24,098 nucleotides of DNA from a virus (taxonomy: Duplodnaviria; Caudoviricetes), in the IMG/VR virus record IMGVR_UViG_3300032320_002231, positions 1 to 24,098 of that record; one strand, given 5' to 3'. This document shows positions 15,981 through 24,098 of the stretch, one piece after another. Within the stretch, counting starts at the first letter, position 1. Each line of letters begins with the position of its first letter. A program made the position numbers and the translations under genes. A model generated the notes under the pieces. That model searched no databases. It was not told the DNA's origin and worked only from the letters and a program-made list of their open reading frames with translations.

Positions 15981-16277
15981 ATGGCAATCGGAACAACCGT
16001 CAGCATTTCTGGGCTAGAGCTTACCAGTGTTGGGATCTCCGGATCCGTGGACACCTTGATCACTCCCAGCGGCACGGCCAACACCGTTCCTTCGGTCAAA
16101 GAAGGATACAATCCAAAGTATGAGCTTTCCGCTGAAGGCATTGATGACGGATTTACCGCCTCCGGCACCGTGACCGCGAAGGGTTTGACCTTTCAAGTCA
16201 CCAGCGTGGAGCGCAAGCGCACCCTGGGCGATGTGGCAAAGGTGTCGCTCCGGGGCACAAGTTATCCTGGCATCTAA
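15981..16277 (+). CDS. Putative minimal tail tube protein 2 (98 aa)
   Basis: TAAGGA SD; similar size and strand pattern to the preceding gene; precedes the chaperone-like gene. Confidence 0.55.
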   Translation: MAIGTTVSISGLELTSVGISGSVDTLITPSGTANTVPSVKEGYNPKYELSAEGIDDGFTASGTVTAKGLTFQVTSVERKRTLGDVAKVSLRGTSYPGI

Positions 16278-16295
16278 TCTGGATCGGGGCCGGTC

Positions 16296-16880
16296 ATGAG
16301 CCTCGATCGTCTGTTTGCGGAAAGCATCGTCAATCGGGACAACCACATCGTTTTAGGCCGGCGCCTGCGGCCGCTTTCACTCTGGCACGCCACCTTGCTT
16401 GAGCTTATTGATAGCCCCCTCTGGCACGGCAGGAGCGGCGTCACCATGACGGATCTGCGTTTGGCCGTGGCTATTTGCGGTGATTCTTTCCCGCGCTACG
16501 TCATTCCATCCGGTTGGCGCCTTGTCCTGTGGGCTTTTCGCACCAGGAAACACAAGCTGGCGATTGAGGCAGCCAAGTTTTCAGCTTATATCCGTGATTT
16601 TCACGCACCTCCCATGTTGTGGACAAAAGAAGAAGAGGCGCCCAAGGCGGATAAATTCTGCTCTTTGCCGCAACCTCTGGACGTGGCCGCCTGGCTCATC
16701 CGCCATAACTTTAGCGAGGAGCGTGCTTGGAGCATGCCCATTGGGTTGGCTCATTGGTACTACGTGGCTTTGGCCAAACATCGCGGGGCCGAGGTGGATC
16801 TGGTCAGCCCGGCGGAGCAGATCGCCATTGATAAAATAAAGGCCAAAAGAGCCGGCGGCCTTGTGGGACAGGCGGGGTGA
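16296..16880 (+). CDS. Putative tail assembly chaperone (194 aa)
   Basis: Position between tube genes and TMP; LRPLSL near the N-terminus and AWSMPIG...WY near the C-terminus. Confidence 0.55.
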   Translation: MSLDRLFAESIVNRDNHIVLGRRLRPLSLWHATLLELIDSPLWHGRSGVTMTDLRLAVAICGDSFPRYVIPSGWRLVLWAFRTRKHKLAIEAAKFSAYIRDFHAPPMLWTKEEEAPKADKFCSLPQPLDVAAWLIRHNFSEERAWSMPIGLAHWYYVALAKHRGAEVDLVSPAEQIAIDKIKAKRAGGLVGQAG

Positions 16881-16881
16881 T

Positions 16882-17697
16882 ATGGCTGGGGCACTATCAT
16901 TTCAAATCGATGACAGCGAGTTCAGATCAAACTTGCGTCAATATGCGCTGGCCATGCAGATAAGTTTTGCCGAGGCCATCAAGCGCCAAGCCAGGCTAGT
17001 CGCGGTAAATCTTGCCTTTCAGACTCAGCCGTTTGGAGATGAGAAGGGTAGGGCGCAAGGAGAGAACGCCGTGCGATCTGATCTGGTTCCCAAGCAAGGA
17101 TCTAACAAGGGAATCTTTAAGCCATTAAATAAGTTTTGGCTGCAGGAAGCAGTGCGCATGAAACAGTACGCACCCGAAAACTTTATCAGAAGATTTACCA
17201 ACAAGGAAGGTCAGGTATGGCTAAGCGAGGAAGATCAAATTTTAACCAGCAAGGGAGCGATGAAAGATTTTCATCAAAGCATGCGAACGAGGGACAGGAA
17301 AAGAACAACCTTGGCCGGTTCTTACACTCGCGACATTGGAAGGCACAAAGCCGGCAACCGTGGAATTGTAGATAAGGATCAGATGATGGCTTACGTGAAA
17401 CAAGTGCAAAAAAAAGTCGGCATAGCCAAAGCCGGCTGGGCACATTGCGCCAAGCAGTTGGGAGGATCTAGGGGTATCCCTCAATGGGTCACCAGACATG
17501 CTGGTAAAAAAGCGATTGGCAACGTTACGGACAACACCAACGCCAAAGGTGACGAGCAGTATGTCTTGATGGAGAACACTGTTCCTTGGATAGACAAATG
17601 CCTAAACGGTGGGCAGTTACAGCGTGCTCTTGACATACAGCGAGACAAAATGAACACCGCGATTGAGATCGCTTTAGCGCGAGCGGCCACGGCTTAA
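16882..17697 (+). CDS. Basic tail-completion/neck protein (HK97 gp10- or lambda Z-like), 271 aa
   Basis: Start ATG 16882; basic, helical; QTQP and VGIAKAGW motifs, MENTVPW near the C-terminus. Confidence 0.55.
   Translation: MAGALSFQIDDSEFRSNLRQYALAMQISFAEAIKRQARLVAVNLAFQTQPFGDEKGRAQGENAVRSDLVPKQGSNKGIFKPLNKFWLQEAVRMKQYAPENFIRRFTNKEGQVWLSEEDQILTSKGAMKDFHQSMRTRDRKRTTLAGSYTRDIGRHKAGNRGIVDKDQMMAYVKQVQKKVGIAKAGWAHCAKQLGGSRGIPQWVTRHAGKKAIGNVTDNTNAKGDEQYVLMENTVPWIDKCLNGGQLQRALDIQRDKMNTAIEIALARAATA
17630..17652 (+). promoter_or_regulatory. TTGACA-N14-ATG motif upstream of the tape measure gene
   Basis: TTGACA 17630-17635; in-frame ATG 17650 gives a 15-aa peptide ending 4 nt before the TMP start. 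Confidence 0.4.
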
Positions 17698-17701
17698 GGA
17701 T

Positions 17702-19069
17702 ATGGCTTTAGTCGCCAAAGTAGGCTTAGACAAATCCGCGTTTAGCACCGGCCTTTCCGCCTTGCAGAACGAGGTCAAGAGCTTTTCGTCTGAGGTCAAG
17801 AACATGCTGGCCGGCGGCTTTGCCGTGGGTTCTCTTTTTGAGGGGCTCAAAGGCGCGATTGAAAAGGGTGATCAGCTGCAAGACGTAGCTGAAAAGTTTG
17901 GGGTCTCCGCAAGTAAACTTCAAATGCTTGGAAACGCCGCCAGCGTGTACGGATCCAGCGTTGAAAACATATCTGCCGGACTGAATAAGCTGTCCCTTGC
18001 GCAACAGAAGGCTACTTCGGGCGATGAGGGGTTGATTGCGACATTTAAAGAGGTTGGCGTTTCCATCGAGGATCTCAAATCAATGGGGCCGGAAGATATA
18101 TTCTTAAAAATATCCGATAGCTTTGCCAGTGGGGCTAATGATGGCAGACAATTTGTACTGGTTAATGAACTGCTTGGAAAAGCGCAGACGGATTTAATTA
18201 AAGTGATGAATCAAGGTTCTGTTGCAATTATTGACCAGGGGAATGCCATGGGCGTTTGGAGCGATGAGACCATCAGCTCCCTGTCTGCCGCTTCCGATAC
18301 CATTAAGACCCTGCAAAACTTATTTACCGTAGCCTTTGGGAATATCGCGTCGTTTCTAACACCCGCCATCACGGCCTATCAGAAATTTATTGAAGTTATA
18401 GTGCTGGCAGGTGCCGCGTCTAAAGAGGTTCTGGCAGGCAACTTTTCCGGGGCGCAGTCGTTGGTTAAAGAAATTAATAAGGTGATTGATGAAGATCGCG
18501 GCCCGCAGAAGCCAGGGGCCGCTGGATCCAGAGCTGGGGCAGGGGACACAGAGGCCGCCACCAAGGCCATGGCAGATGCAGAAAAGAAAAAGCAGGATGA
18601 ACAGCAAAAAACCATGGATTTGTACCGCCAGGCGGATGCAGTTCGCCGCCGGCAGATGTTAAACGCCATGTCGGATGAGGATAAATTGCAGGCGCTGATG
18701 CAGGAGCGAGCCGACTTGATGAATAAGATCAATAAAACGCCGGAGGGCGTTGACCGGGCTAAGCTGGCCGTTGAGCAGGCAAATCTGGATGCGCAAATCG
18801 GGCCGCTACAGACCAAGGTGCAAGAGGATATCATGAAAAACATGATTGGATCCGAGGCCACGGCCAAAGTCGCCTCATCCAGAACCGAGCCAATGCAAAT
18901 CCTAGCGGACAGCCTACAGCGTGTCGGTGGTGGGGGTAACTTTGCCAGAGTGGGCGGTGTGGAGGCTGTGCAAAAAGACCAGCTCACCGCGCTAAAATCG
19001 ATTGATAAGGGCATCACCAAACTAGCCAATCAGACCTCGATGGATGGCGCTGACACAGGAGTCCAATAA
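17702..19069 (+). CDS. Tape measure protein (short, 455 aa)
   Basis: N-terminus LVAKVGLDKSAF..GL; Ala/Gly-rich helical repeats, coiled coil, C-terminal DSLQRVGGGG; position. Confidence 0.88.
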   Translation: MALVAKVGLDKSAFSTGLSALQNEVKSFSSEVKNMLAGGFAVGSLFEGLKGAIEKGDQLQDVAEKFGVSASKLQMLGNAASVYGSSVENISAGLNKLSLAQQKATSGDEGLIATFKEVGVSIEDLKSMGPEDIFLKISDSFASGANDGRQFVLVNELLGKAQTDLIKVMNQGSVAIIDQGNAMGVWSDETISSLSAASDTIKTLQNLFTVAFGNIASFLTPAITAYQKFIEVIVLAGAASKEVLAGNFSGAQSLVKEINKVIDEDRGPQKPGAAGSRAGAGDTEAATKAMADAEKKKQDEQQKTMDLYRQADAVRRRQMLNAMSDEDKLQALMQERADLMNKINKTPEGVDRAKLAVEQANLDAQIGPLQTKVQEDIMKNMIGSEATAKVASSRTEPMQILADSLQRVGGGGNFARVGGVEAVQKDQLTALKSIDKGITKLANQTSMDGADTGVQ

Positions 19070-19725
19070 TGGCCTACTACGAACAACCCGGCCGCACCAC
19101 GGCGATTGATAGCAATGGCAAACAAACCGTCACGGTTACCTATGTTGGCACCGAGGAAGCGCCGCAACCTTCCGACATTACCGGAACGCTTAAATCAAAA
19201 AGCGTCACTAAAGACGTGGCCGGGCAAATTCGCACCCAGTATCAATTTGAAACGGATTCCAGCACTGTCCCTGGCACCGGATTCCAAGCCGTGCAGGTGG
19301 AGGTGGTTTCCGCAGTGCGAACCGTGCCCATCGAAACGCACCCCAATTTTTCCGAGCAATATCTATCCGCCGCCGATAAGAAGAAAATTAAAGACGCCGT
19401 CAGCGTCCCAGACCGGTCGCCAACCTTCGAGGATACTGGCAACCAGGCGAGAGCCATCAGCCTGTACGGTTATTTAATTAATGGAGTTGAATCTTACTAC
19501 GTGCCGTCCTTGGTCGTGCGCAAAACCTACCAAGCCAGCAGCCCGCCATCTGCCGGGCGAGTAGGCAAAATCACTAGCCCAGGTGTTTCCATCCCCGGCG
19601 TGCCTAAAGGAGCTACCTTTCTTTTGATTAACATCAGCTCACGCGGTCAGTCCGGTTCCTATACCGTAACGGAAGAGTATGAAATGAGCGGCGAGGGTGG
19701 ATGGGACACCTTCCTCTACGGTTGA
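19069..19725 (+). CDS. Putative distal tail/tail tip protein (218 aa)
   Basis: Immediately after the TMP (TAATG overlap); PIETHPNF and GWD..LY motifs; beta-rich. Confidence 0.55.
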   Translation: MAYYEQPGRTTAIDSNGKQTVTVTYVGTEEAPQPSDITGTLKSKSVTKDVAGQIRTQYQFETDSSTVPGTGFQAVQVEVVSAVRTVPIETHPNFSEQYLSAADKKKIKDAVSVPDRSPTFEDTGNQARAISLYGYLINGVESYYVPSLVVRKTYQASSPPSAGRVGKITSPGVSIPGVPKGATFLLINISSRGQSGSYTVTEEYEMSGEGGWDTFLYG

Positions 19726-19729
19726 TGCT

Positions 19730-19760
19730 TTGACAACAGGGCGCCACAGGTAATCCCATG
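19730..19760 (+). promoter_or_regulatory. TTGACA-N14-GTA...ATG late-gene motif
   Basis: TTGACA 19730-19735; GTA at 19750; ATG at 19758. Confidence 0.6.
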
Positions 19761-22013
19761 CCACGCTATTACGTAGATTTAGACAACAATCGCCTGGTCA
19801 CAGGATCGCAATCCACTCAGCTTGCGCCCACACCCAAGCTCTACCAGGGCGATAAACCCACGCTGGACGTGGAGCTTCTTACCCGCACCAACGGCGTCCT
19901 TGGCTACTACACCAGCTCTGCCAGCGCCATCAATGTGCGGGTGGGTACGGTGGGCGGATCTGCCGTGGCCTCCGCGCTTACGTTTTCCACCCTCACTTTA
20001 TCCGCCACGGCCACCGCCACCGCAGGCTTGGCCAGCCCGGTGACGGCCACCGGCACGGCCACGCTGCTGGGATCCATCACCGCCACGGCCACCGTAGGGG
20101 TCAACAGCCCAGGCGTGGTGACCGTCACTCCCGTGACGGAAGAATTTTCTAGTGCCATTCTCCGGGCGCGGATGAGCGGAAACGACGTTTCCGTCCTGCG
20201 CTGGGCGGCGATGGCACCCAACGAAGACTTTAGTGTCGGCACTGGCCAGACCTTTCGCAACATTGTGCGGGACGTGGAAATTCTCAATTCAGGAAATTTG
20301 TACCAGACGGCTCCCACGTTGCTTTTCAGCTACCCGCTGGAGGCGAATGTGGACGATTCATTACCAATACTGCAAGATGAGGCTGGTCAGGGCATCGTGC
20401 GCTATCGGGCCACAGCTACCTGCGGAATTAGTAGCAATGGCGGCGTCAGCAACGTCACCGTGACCTGCGCCGGAAGGGGTTACCTGACGAATCCGTTTAT
20501 CTTTGTGATCCCTAATTTTTCCTACTTCACTTTGGGCACAGCCGTCACGATTAGCTCCGTCGCCTGCGTGCCCAGCACGGTGCTCTCGGGCGGCTCGTCG
20601 CTGCAAATTGCCAATTATCAGGAAAACGGATACGGCTATCAGGTCACTCTTAGCGTGGCCACGGGGTCGCCTTTTACGGCCAACAGTTGGGCCTACGTGC
20701 GGGATTTGCAGGTATATGCCACTTATAAAAACGTCAACGATGAAATCATGCAGGAAACCCTTTCCGGCCTACTCAACGGGTATGTCTACATCACCTCCGT
20801 CAGCGGCAATCAGGTGATGAGCTATTACGACACCTCCGTGGCCAATATTCAAACCGGCCCGGTAGCCATCTACGATCCGGGCACCGTCACAGTGCTCACT
20901 TCTGGGGTTTGGAACAAGGTGGTGTCCGCCTCGCAATTTCAAGCATGGGATTCTGGGAATTTTATTTCACGCATCTACCCGCTGAGCCCCTATAAAAAGG
21001 TGACCGGCGCCACCCTCACTGGTACCGACGCAAATTTTTCAGCCGGCTCGGCCATCACCGTCAGCTTCACCTCCGCCGCCTCCTGTTCAATCGCCCCGGT
21101 GGACGGGGCCGTGCGTCTGCGGGCTGGCAATTCCGGCACCTTGCAGGTGGAGGCCGTCTTGACCGCCGGTCTGGCCAACAGCTTTTCCGTGGCCACCTTG
21201 TCCGCCTATAAAAAACTCACCGGCCTCACCGTCACCTGCGCTGGGTCTGGCTACTGGTCCGCGTTGCCTTCCATCAGCGTGGATTCCGCCGCCTACATGG
21301 CCACCGCTCCCGGCGCCACGCCAGCCGTGATTGCGGCCACTCTTAACGGCACTGGCGGTCTTGTCCTTTCCATTACCAGTTCTGGCTACGGATATACCAG
21401 CACACCCACCATTACCATCGCCGCACCCAATAGTGGAGACGGCGTGCGCAAGGTAGCGCTAGGCACTACTGGCGTGGGGTATTCCGACGGCACTTTTGCC
21501 TGCACGGTGGCCACCGCGCCATCCGGAGGAGCCACCGCCGTCATCAATTTCGTCAAAAGCGGCACGAGCCAGGGCTTTGTCGTGGCCGATCCCGGCCGCG
21601 GCTACACCACCGCCCCAGCCATTACCGTGGCAGCTCCTGATTTGGGCGGACAGGTTAGCGGTTTTACCATCGTTACCGCTGGCAATGGCTATTCAGATAC
21701 CCCTTCCATCACGCTTACTGGCGGGGGAGGATCCGGCGCTGCCGCCACCGCTATCCTCACCAATGGCACCGTGACTTCTATCACCCTGACCAGCCAGGGC
21801 TCCGGCTACACCAGCGCTCCGGCCGTGGCGTTAGCCGCCCCGGCCAGCTCCGTCTACTACTCCAAGCAGATTGACCTTTCCGGCGCCTCCGTCACCACGC
21901 TGCTCTCCGGCAACAGCTCTGCCTCCGCCTATTTGCAGGTGGAGGAAAAGCGGGGGAGTGATACCACCGTGCTGGCTCAGCTACCCGTCACCATTCAGGC
22001 CCGCGTCTCGTAA
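19758..22013 (+). CDS. Tail fibre/virion structural protein with G-x-G-Y-(T/S)-x-x-P beta repeats (751 aa)
   Basis: About 8 repeats such as AGSGYWSALP, PGRGYTTAP and QGSGYTSAP; very rich in Thr/Ser/Gly/Ala; tail-tip position. Confidence 0.7.
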   Translation: MPRYYVDLDNNRLVTGSQSTQLAPTPKLYQGDKPTLDVELLTRTNGVLGYYTSSASAINVRVGTVGGSAVASALTFSTLTLSATATATAGLASPVTATGTATLLGSITATATVGVNSPGVVTVTPVTEEFSSAILRARMSGNDVSVLRWAAMAPNEDFSVGTGQTFRNIVRDVEILNSGNLYQTAPTLLFSYPLEANVDDSLPILQDEAGQGIVRYRATATCGISSNGGVSNVTVTCAGRGYLTNPFIFVIPNFSYFTLGTAVTISSVACVPSTVLSGGSSLQIANYQENGYGYQVTLSVATGSPFTANSWAYVRDLQVYATYKNVNDEIMQETLSGLLNGYVYITSVSGNQVMSYYDTSVANIQTGPVAIYDPGTVTVLTSGVWNKVVSASQFQAWDSGNFISRIYPLSPYKKVTGATLTGTDANFSAGSAITVSFTSAASCSIAPVDGAVRLRAGNSGTLQVEAVLTAGLANSFSVATLSAYKKLTGLTVTCAGSGYWSALPSISVDSAAYMATAPGATPAVIAATLNGTGGLVLSITSSGYGYTSTPTITIAAPNSGDGVRKVALGTTGVGYSDGTFACTVATAPSGGATAVINFVKSGTSQGFVVADPGRGYTTAPAITVAAPDLGGQVSGFTIVTAGNGYSDTPSITLTGGGGSGAAATAILTNGTVTSITLTSQGSGYTSAPAVALAAPASSVYYSKQIDLSGASVTTLLSGNSSASAYLQVEEKRGSDTTVLAQLPVTIQARVS

Positions 22014-22022
22014 GGAGCGGCC

Positions 22023-22655
22023 GTGGCCAGAGAAAAGCCCGACAGCTTTCAGTGCGGGGCATTTGAAGTAACCCGCAGCCCGGATGCCTCCGCTTTTGCA
22101 GAAAAACTAAACCGCTTGCGGGAGGCCGTGGATGCGTGCCGCATTCAGCCAGGTCTGGGCTACACCGTGAACCGCAGCACCAATGGCACCGTCCTTTCCA
22201 TTCGCCAAGATGGCGGCAGCGCCGCCGCCACCTACGAGCATCCGTTCAAATTATCAGTCAGGAAAAAAGACAACCAATATCAGTTTTTTGCTTTGCAAGG
22301 CACCGTAGGCAACAATCAGAAAAAGGTGGATAACATTGAGAAATGGGTAGATTTTAATCCCAACCAACCTTCTGCCCGCATTTTTCTGGAGGCCACCATC
22401 ACGGATCTGGCGATTGATAAACTCACCTTAAAAACACAGGCTGCCGACGCTGAGCTTGCCCGCACAGAAATCAAGGCAGGCAAGCAATCCTTGGCCCGCA
22501 TCTCCATCGGGCTTTACGTACCTACGGAGCCTACCAAGAAAGACTATCGGATCATCCAGAACGTCACCACCAACATTATGACGCCCTTGTTTTGTTATAG
22601 CGGATACCCGGCGCTGGCTTTGACGCAGGAGTTTTTGAACGCCTACTACAGCTAA
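22023..22655 (+). CDS. Putative tail-associated structural protein (210 aa)
   Basis: GTG start with TAAGGAG SD; LNRLREAV..PG.G......NGTVLS and HPFK patterns; position. Confidence 0.55.
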   Translation: MAREKPDSFQCGAFEVTRSPDASAFAEKLNRLREAVDACRIQPGLGYTVNRSTNGTVLSIRQDGGSAAATYEHPFKLSVRKKDNQYQFFALQGTVGNNQKKVDNIEKWVDFNPNQPSARIFLEATITDLAIDKLTLKTQAADAELARTEIKAGKQSLARISIGLYVPTEPTKKDYRIIQNVTTNIMTPLFCYSGYPALALTQEFLNAYYS

Positions 22656-23056
22656 TGAGGCTGGAAACCCGCCGCATGAGCACCGGCCGCCCCATCCAGT
22701 GCCTGGTGGCCGACGATCTCCCGATCGGGGATTTTGACCAGCTTCAGCCACCAGATCAAGCGGCACGGCTTTATCGCACCCAAGGCGGCTGGCGCGTGTT
22801 TTACACCGATCGCGCTCGCGGCCCTTCTGGACTTCTCATGCGGGACTTGTTGCTGGCCGGGTGCGACCCACGTTACATCCTTTACGTCAGCCTGCATGGC
22901 TTTGCCGTTCGCGTCTCGCCCAAGCGGAACGTGCCAGAGCCATGGTGCGTCGCCCGCCTAGTACATCAGCAGGGGGAGATTCATTCAGATTGGCAGGAGT
23001 TTATTGCTGAGCATGACCGGCTGGCCAGATCCCATCAGGAGGGTGTCTTGTGTTAG
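22655..23056 (+). CDS. Hypothetical enzyme-like protein (133 aa)
   Basis: TAATG coupling; motifs GDFD, RLYRTQGGWRV, GCDPRY, RVSPK and EHD. Confidence 0.65.
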   Translation: MRLETRRMSTGRPIQCLVADDLPIGDFDQLQPPDQAARLYRTQGGWRVFYTDRARGPSGLLMRDLLLAGCDPRYILYVSLHGFAVRVSPKRNVPEPWCVARLVHQQGEIHSDWQEFIAEHDRLARSHQEGVLC

Positions 23057-23961
23057 AAGAGATCGGTCACCGCACCCCGTGTTTTGCCTATGGCGAGCCA
23101 GCCGAAAATCCTGAATGGCTGGGCAACGTGTCGCAGGATTTGCAATTATTCTGGCAAAAACGCCGGCAGGTAAGCGTTCCCACGCAGCAATACTTTTCCT
23201 GGCTTTATCAGGCCGTGTGGGATTGTGACGTCACCATGTCCGGATCCTACCAAACAAATCCTGATGATCGTGGAGTCAGGCAAATCACAACTTTTTCGAG
23301 TCTGACGAAGGTCGGCGCCGTGCAGACCGGCCGTGAAAACAAGACTGCGCAATACAATAGCGACGGGACGACCACCTTGGTGCCCGATCCATCATTTAAC
23401 AGTGAGCCAAATATGTACGGGCAGATCCCCGAAAGCTGGCTAATCAAGCAACGCCACAATCCCTGCGTCCAATCGAACTCTGCCGCCGTTTATTTTGATG
23501 TCCGTTACCGCCGCACTGGAGAGCTGATTGGAACCACCGGGCTGAACGATTCACCGATCACCTCCTGGGCGGGTGCCCCGGCCAACGCTAGTAATATCTT
23601 CATTACCAGCTTGGTATCCGATCAGACCCGCTATTTTTACGCCTCATTCACCGTGACCTTTCCGCTTTCCCGCACCCTAACAATACAACCGCTCTCAACC
23701 TACGCCCCCTATGCCACGCATTTTGACCCAGATAAAAACAAGATTTGGCCCATGATCCTGTTTGGCGGCAGCCCTGCCACCGTGAACTGGGAGGGATTGG
23801 CTCCGAGAGACGCAGCTCAGCCATCCACCCATCCTACCACTACGGAGCTGGAGGTGGATGGCGTCACCATACCGGCAGGGACATCATGGAATCTGGGCGG
23901 CACTTCTGGGAATCTGAATATCAGCACTAAGTGGTTTGTTTCCGGTAAGCGTGATCTTTGA
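23050..23961 (+). CDS. Hypothetical, probably virion-associated protein (303 aa)
   Basis: GTG start with AGGAGG SD at 23037-23042; beta-rich, Thr/Ser-rich. Confidence 0.65.
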   Translation: MLEEIGHRTPCFAYGEPAENPEWLGNVSQDLQLFWQKRRQVSVPTQQYFSWLYQAVWDCDVTMSGSYQTNPDDRGVRQITTFSSLTKVGAVQTGRENKTAQYNSDGTTTLVPDPSFNSEPNMYGQIPESWLIKQRHNPCVQSNSAAVYFDVRYRRTGELIGTTGLNDSPITSWAGAPANASNIFITSLVSDQTRYFYASFTVTFPLSRTLTIQPLSTYAPYATHFDPDKNKIWPMILFGGSPATVNWEGLAPRDAAQPSTHPTTTELEVDGVTIPAGTSWNLGGTSGNLNISTKWFVSGKRDL

Positions 23962-23987
23962 CATGCCGATCTTCGCCGTACCCCATG
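23958..23987 (+). promoter_or_regulatory. TTGACA-N14-GTA...ATG late-gene motif
   Basis: TTGACA 23958-23963 contains the upstream stop; GTA at 23978; ATG at 23985. Confidence 0.6.
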
Positions 23988-24098
23988 TCCGCCACCTACA
24001 ACATCACCATTGAGCAGGGAGCCGATTGGCAGCGGGATCTGTTCCTCACCACCGCCACTCAGGGCACCATCAATGTCTCCGGGCGCACGTTCACCAGC
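23985..24098 (+). CDS. N-terminus of a virion structural protein (partial, MSATYNITIEQGADWQRDLF...)
   Basis: Translated by hand, open to the window end; YNITIEQGA.W/F is a common start of phage tail adaptor (BppU-like) domains. Confidence 0.7.
   Translation, partial: MSATYNITIEQGADWQRDLFLTTATQGTINVSGRTFTS

Larger units (their letters stand above)
1..24098 (+). mobile_element. Lambda-like tailed phage/prophage segment (replication, packaging, head and tail modules)
   Basis: Co-oriented, tightly packed genes in canonical order primase-helicase-terS-terL-portal-protease-capsid-tail-TMP-fibre; many ATGA/TAATG overlaps; no host housekeeping genes or att site in the window. Confidence 0.97.

Noticed and set aside
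5124-23963. Reading the TTGACA sites as ordinary sigma70 promoters
   Set aside because: No TAnnnT at 16-18 nt, and the implied transcription start would lie downstream of the start codons.
1-24098. tRNA/rRNA, integrase/att, lysis genes, tail sheath, reverse transcriptase/DGR
   Set aside because: None recognised by eye; they may lie outside the window. The host cannot be assigned from this sequence alone.

Overview
The window is a contiguous, all-plus-strand segment of a lambda-like tailed dsDNA phage or prophage; no sheath gene is seen, so the morphology is probably siphovirus. In order it carries: small early genes and DNA-binding proteins (HTH, LmbU-like, DnaA-domain-IV-like); a TOPRIM primase and an SF3-type helicase; a dyad-symmetric CATG/ACCATG iteron array (probable origin); Nu1/gpA-type terminase; a gpW-position adaptor, lambda-type portal, protease with nested scaffold, and major capsid protein; two glycosyltransferase genes plus a methyltransferase; head-closure and tail genes; a short tape measure; and tail tip/fibre genes. 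Four things stand out. (1) A recurrent TTGACA-N13-15-RTR motif precedes late genes, too close to the start codons to be a normal sigma70 -35 box, and may be an undescribed late promoter or translation signal. (2) A probable virion-glycosylation module follows an unusually Ser/Thr-rich capsid gene. (3) The roughly 260-bp origin-like array is mirror-symmetric. (4) An unannotated 54-aa two-TM moron has its own canonical promoter. All calls come from motif recognition by eye; no searches were run.
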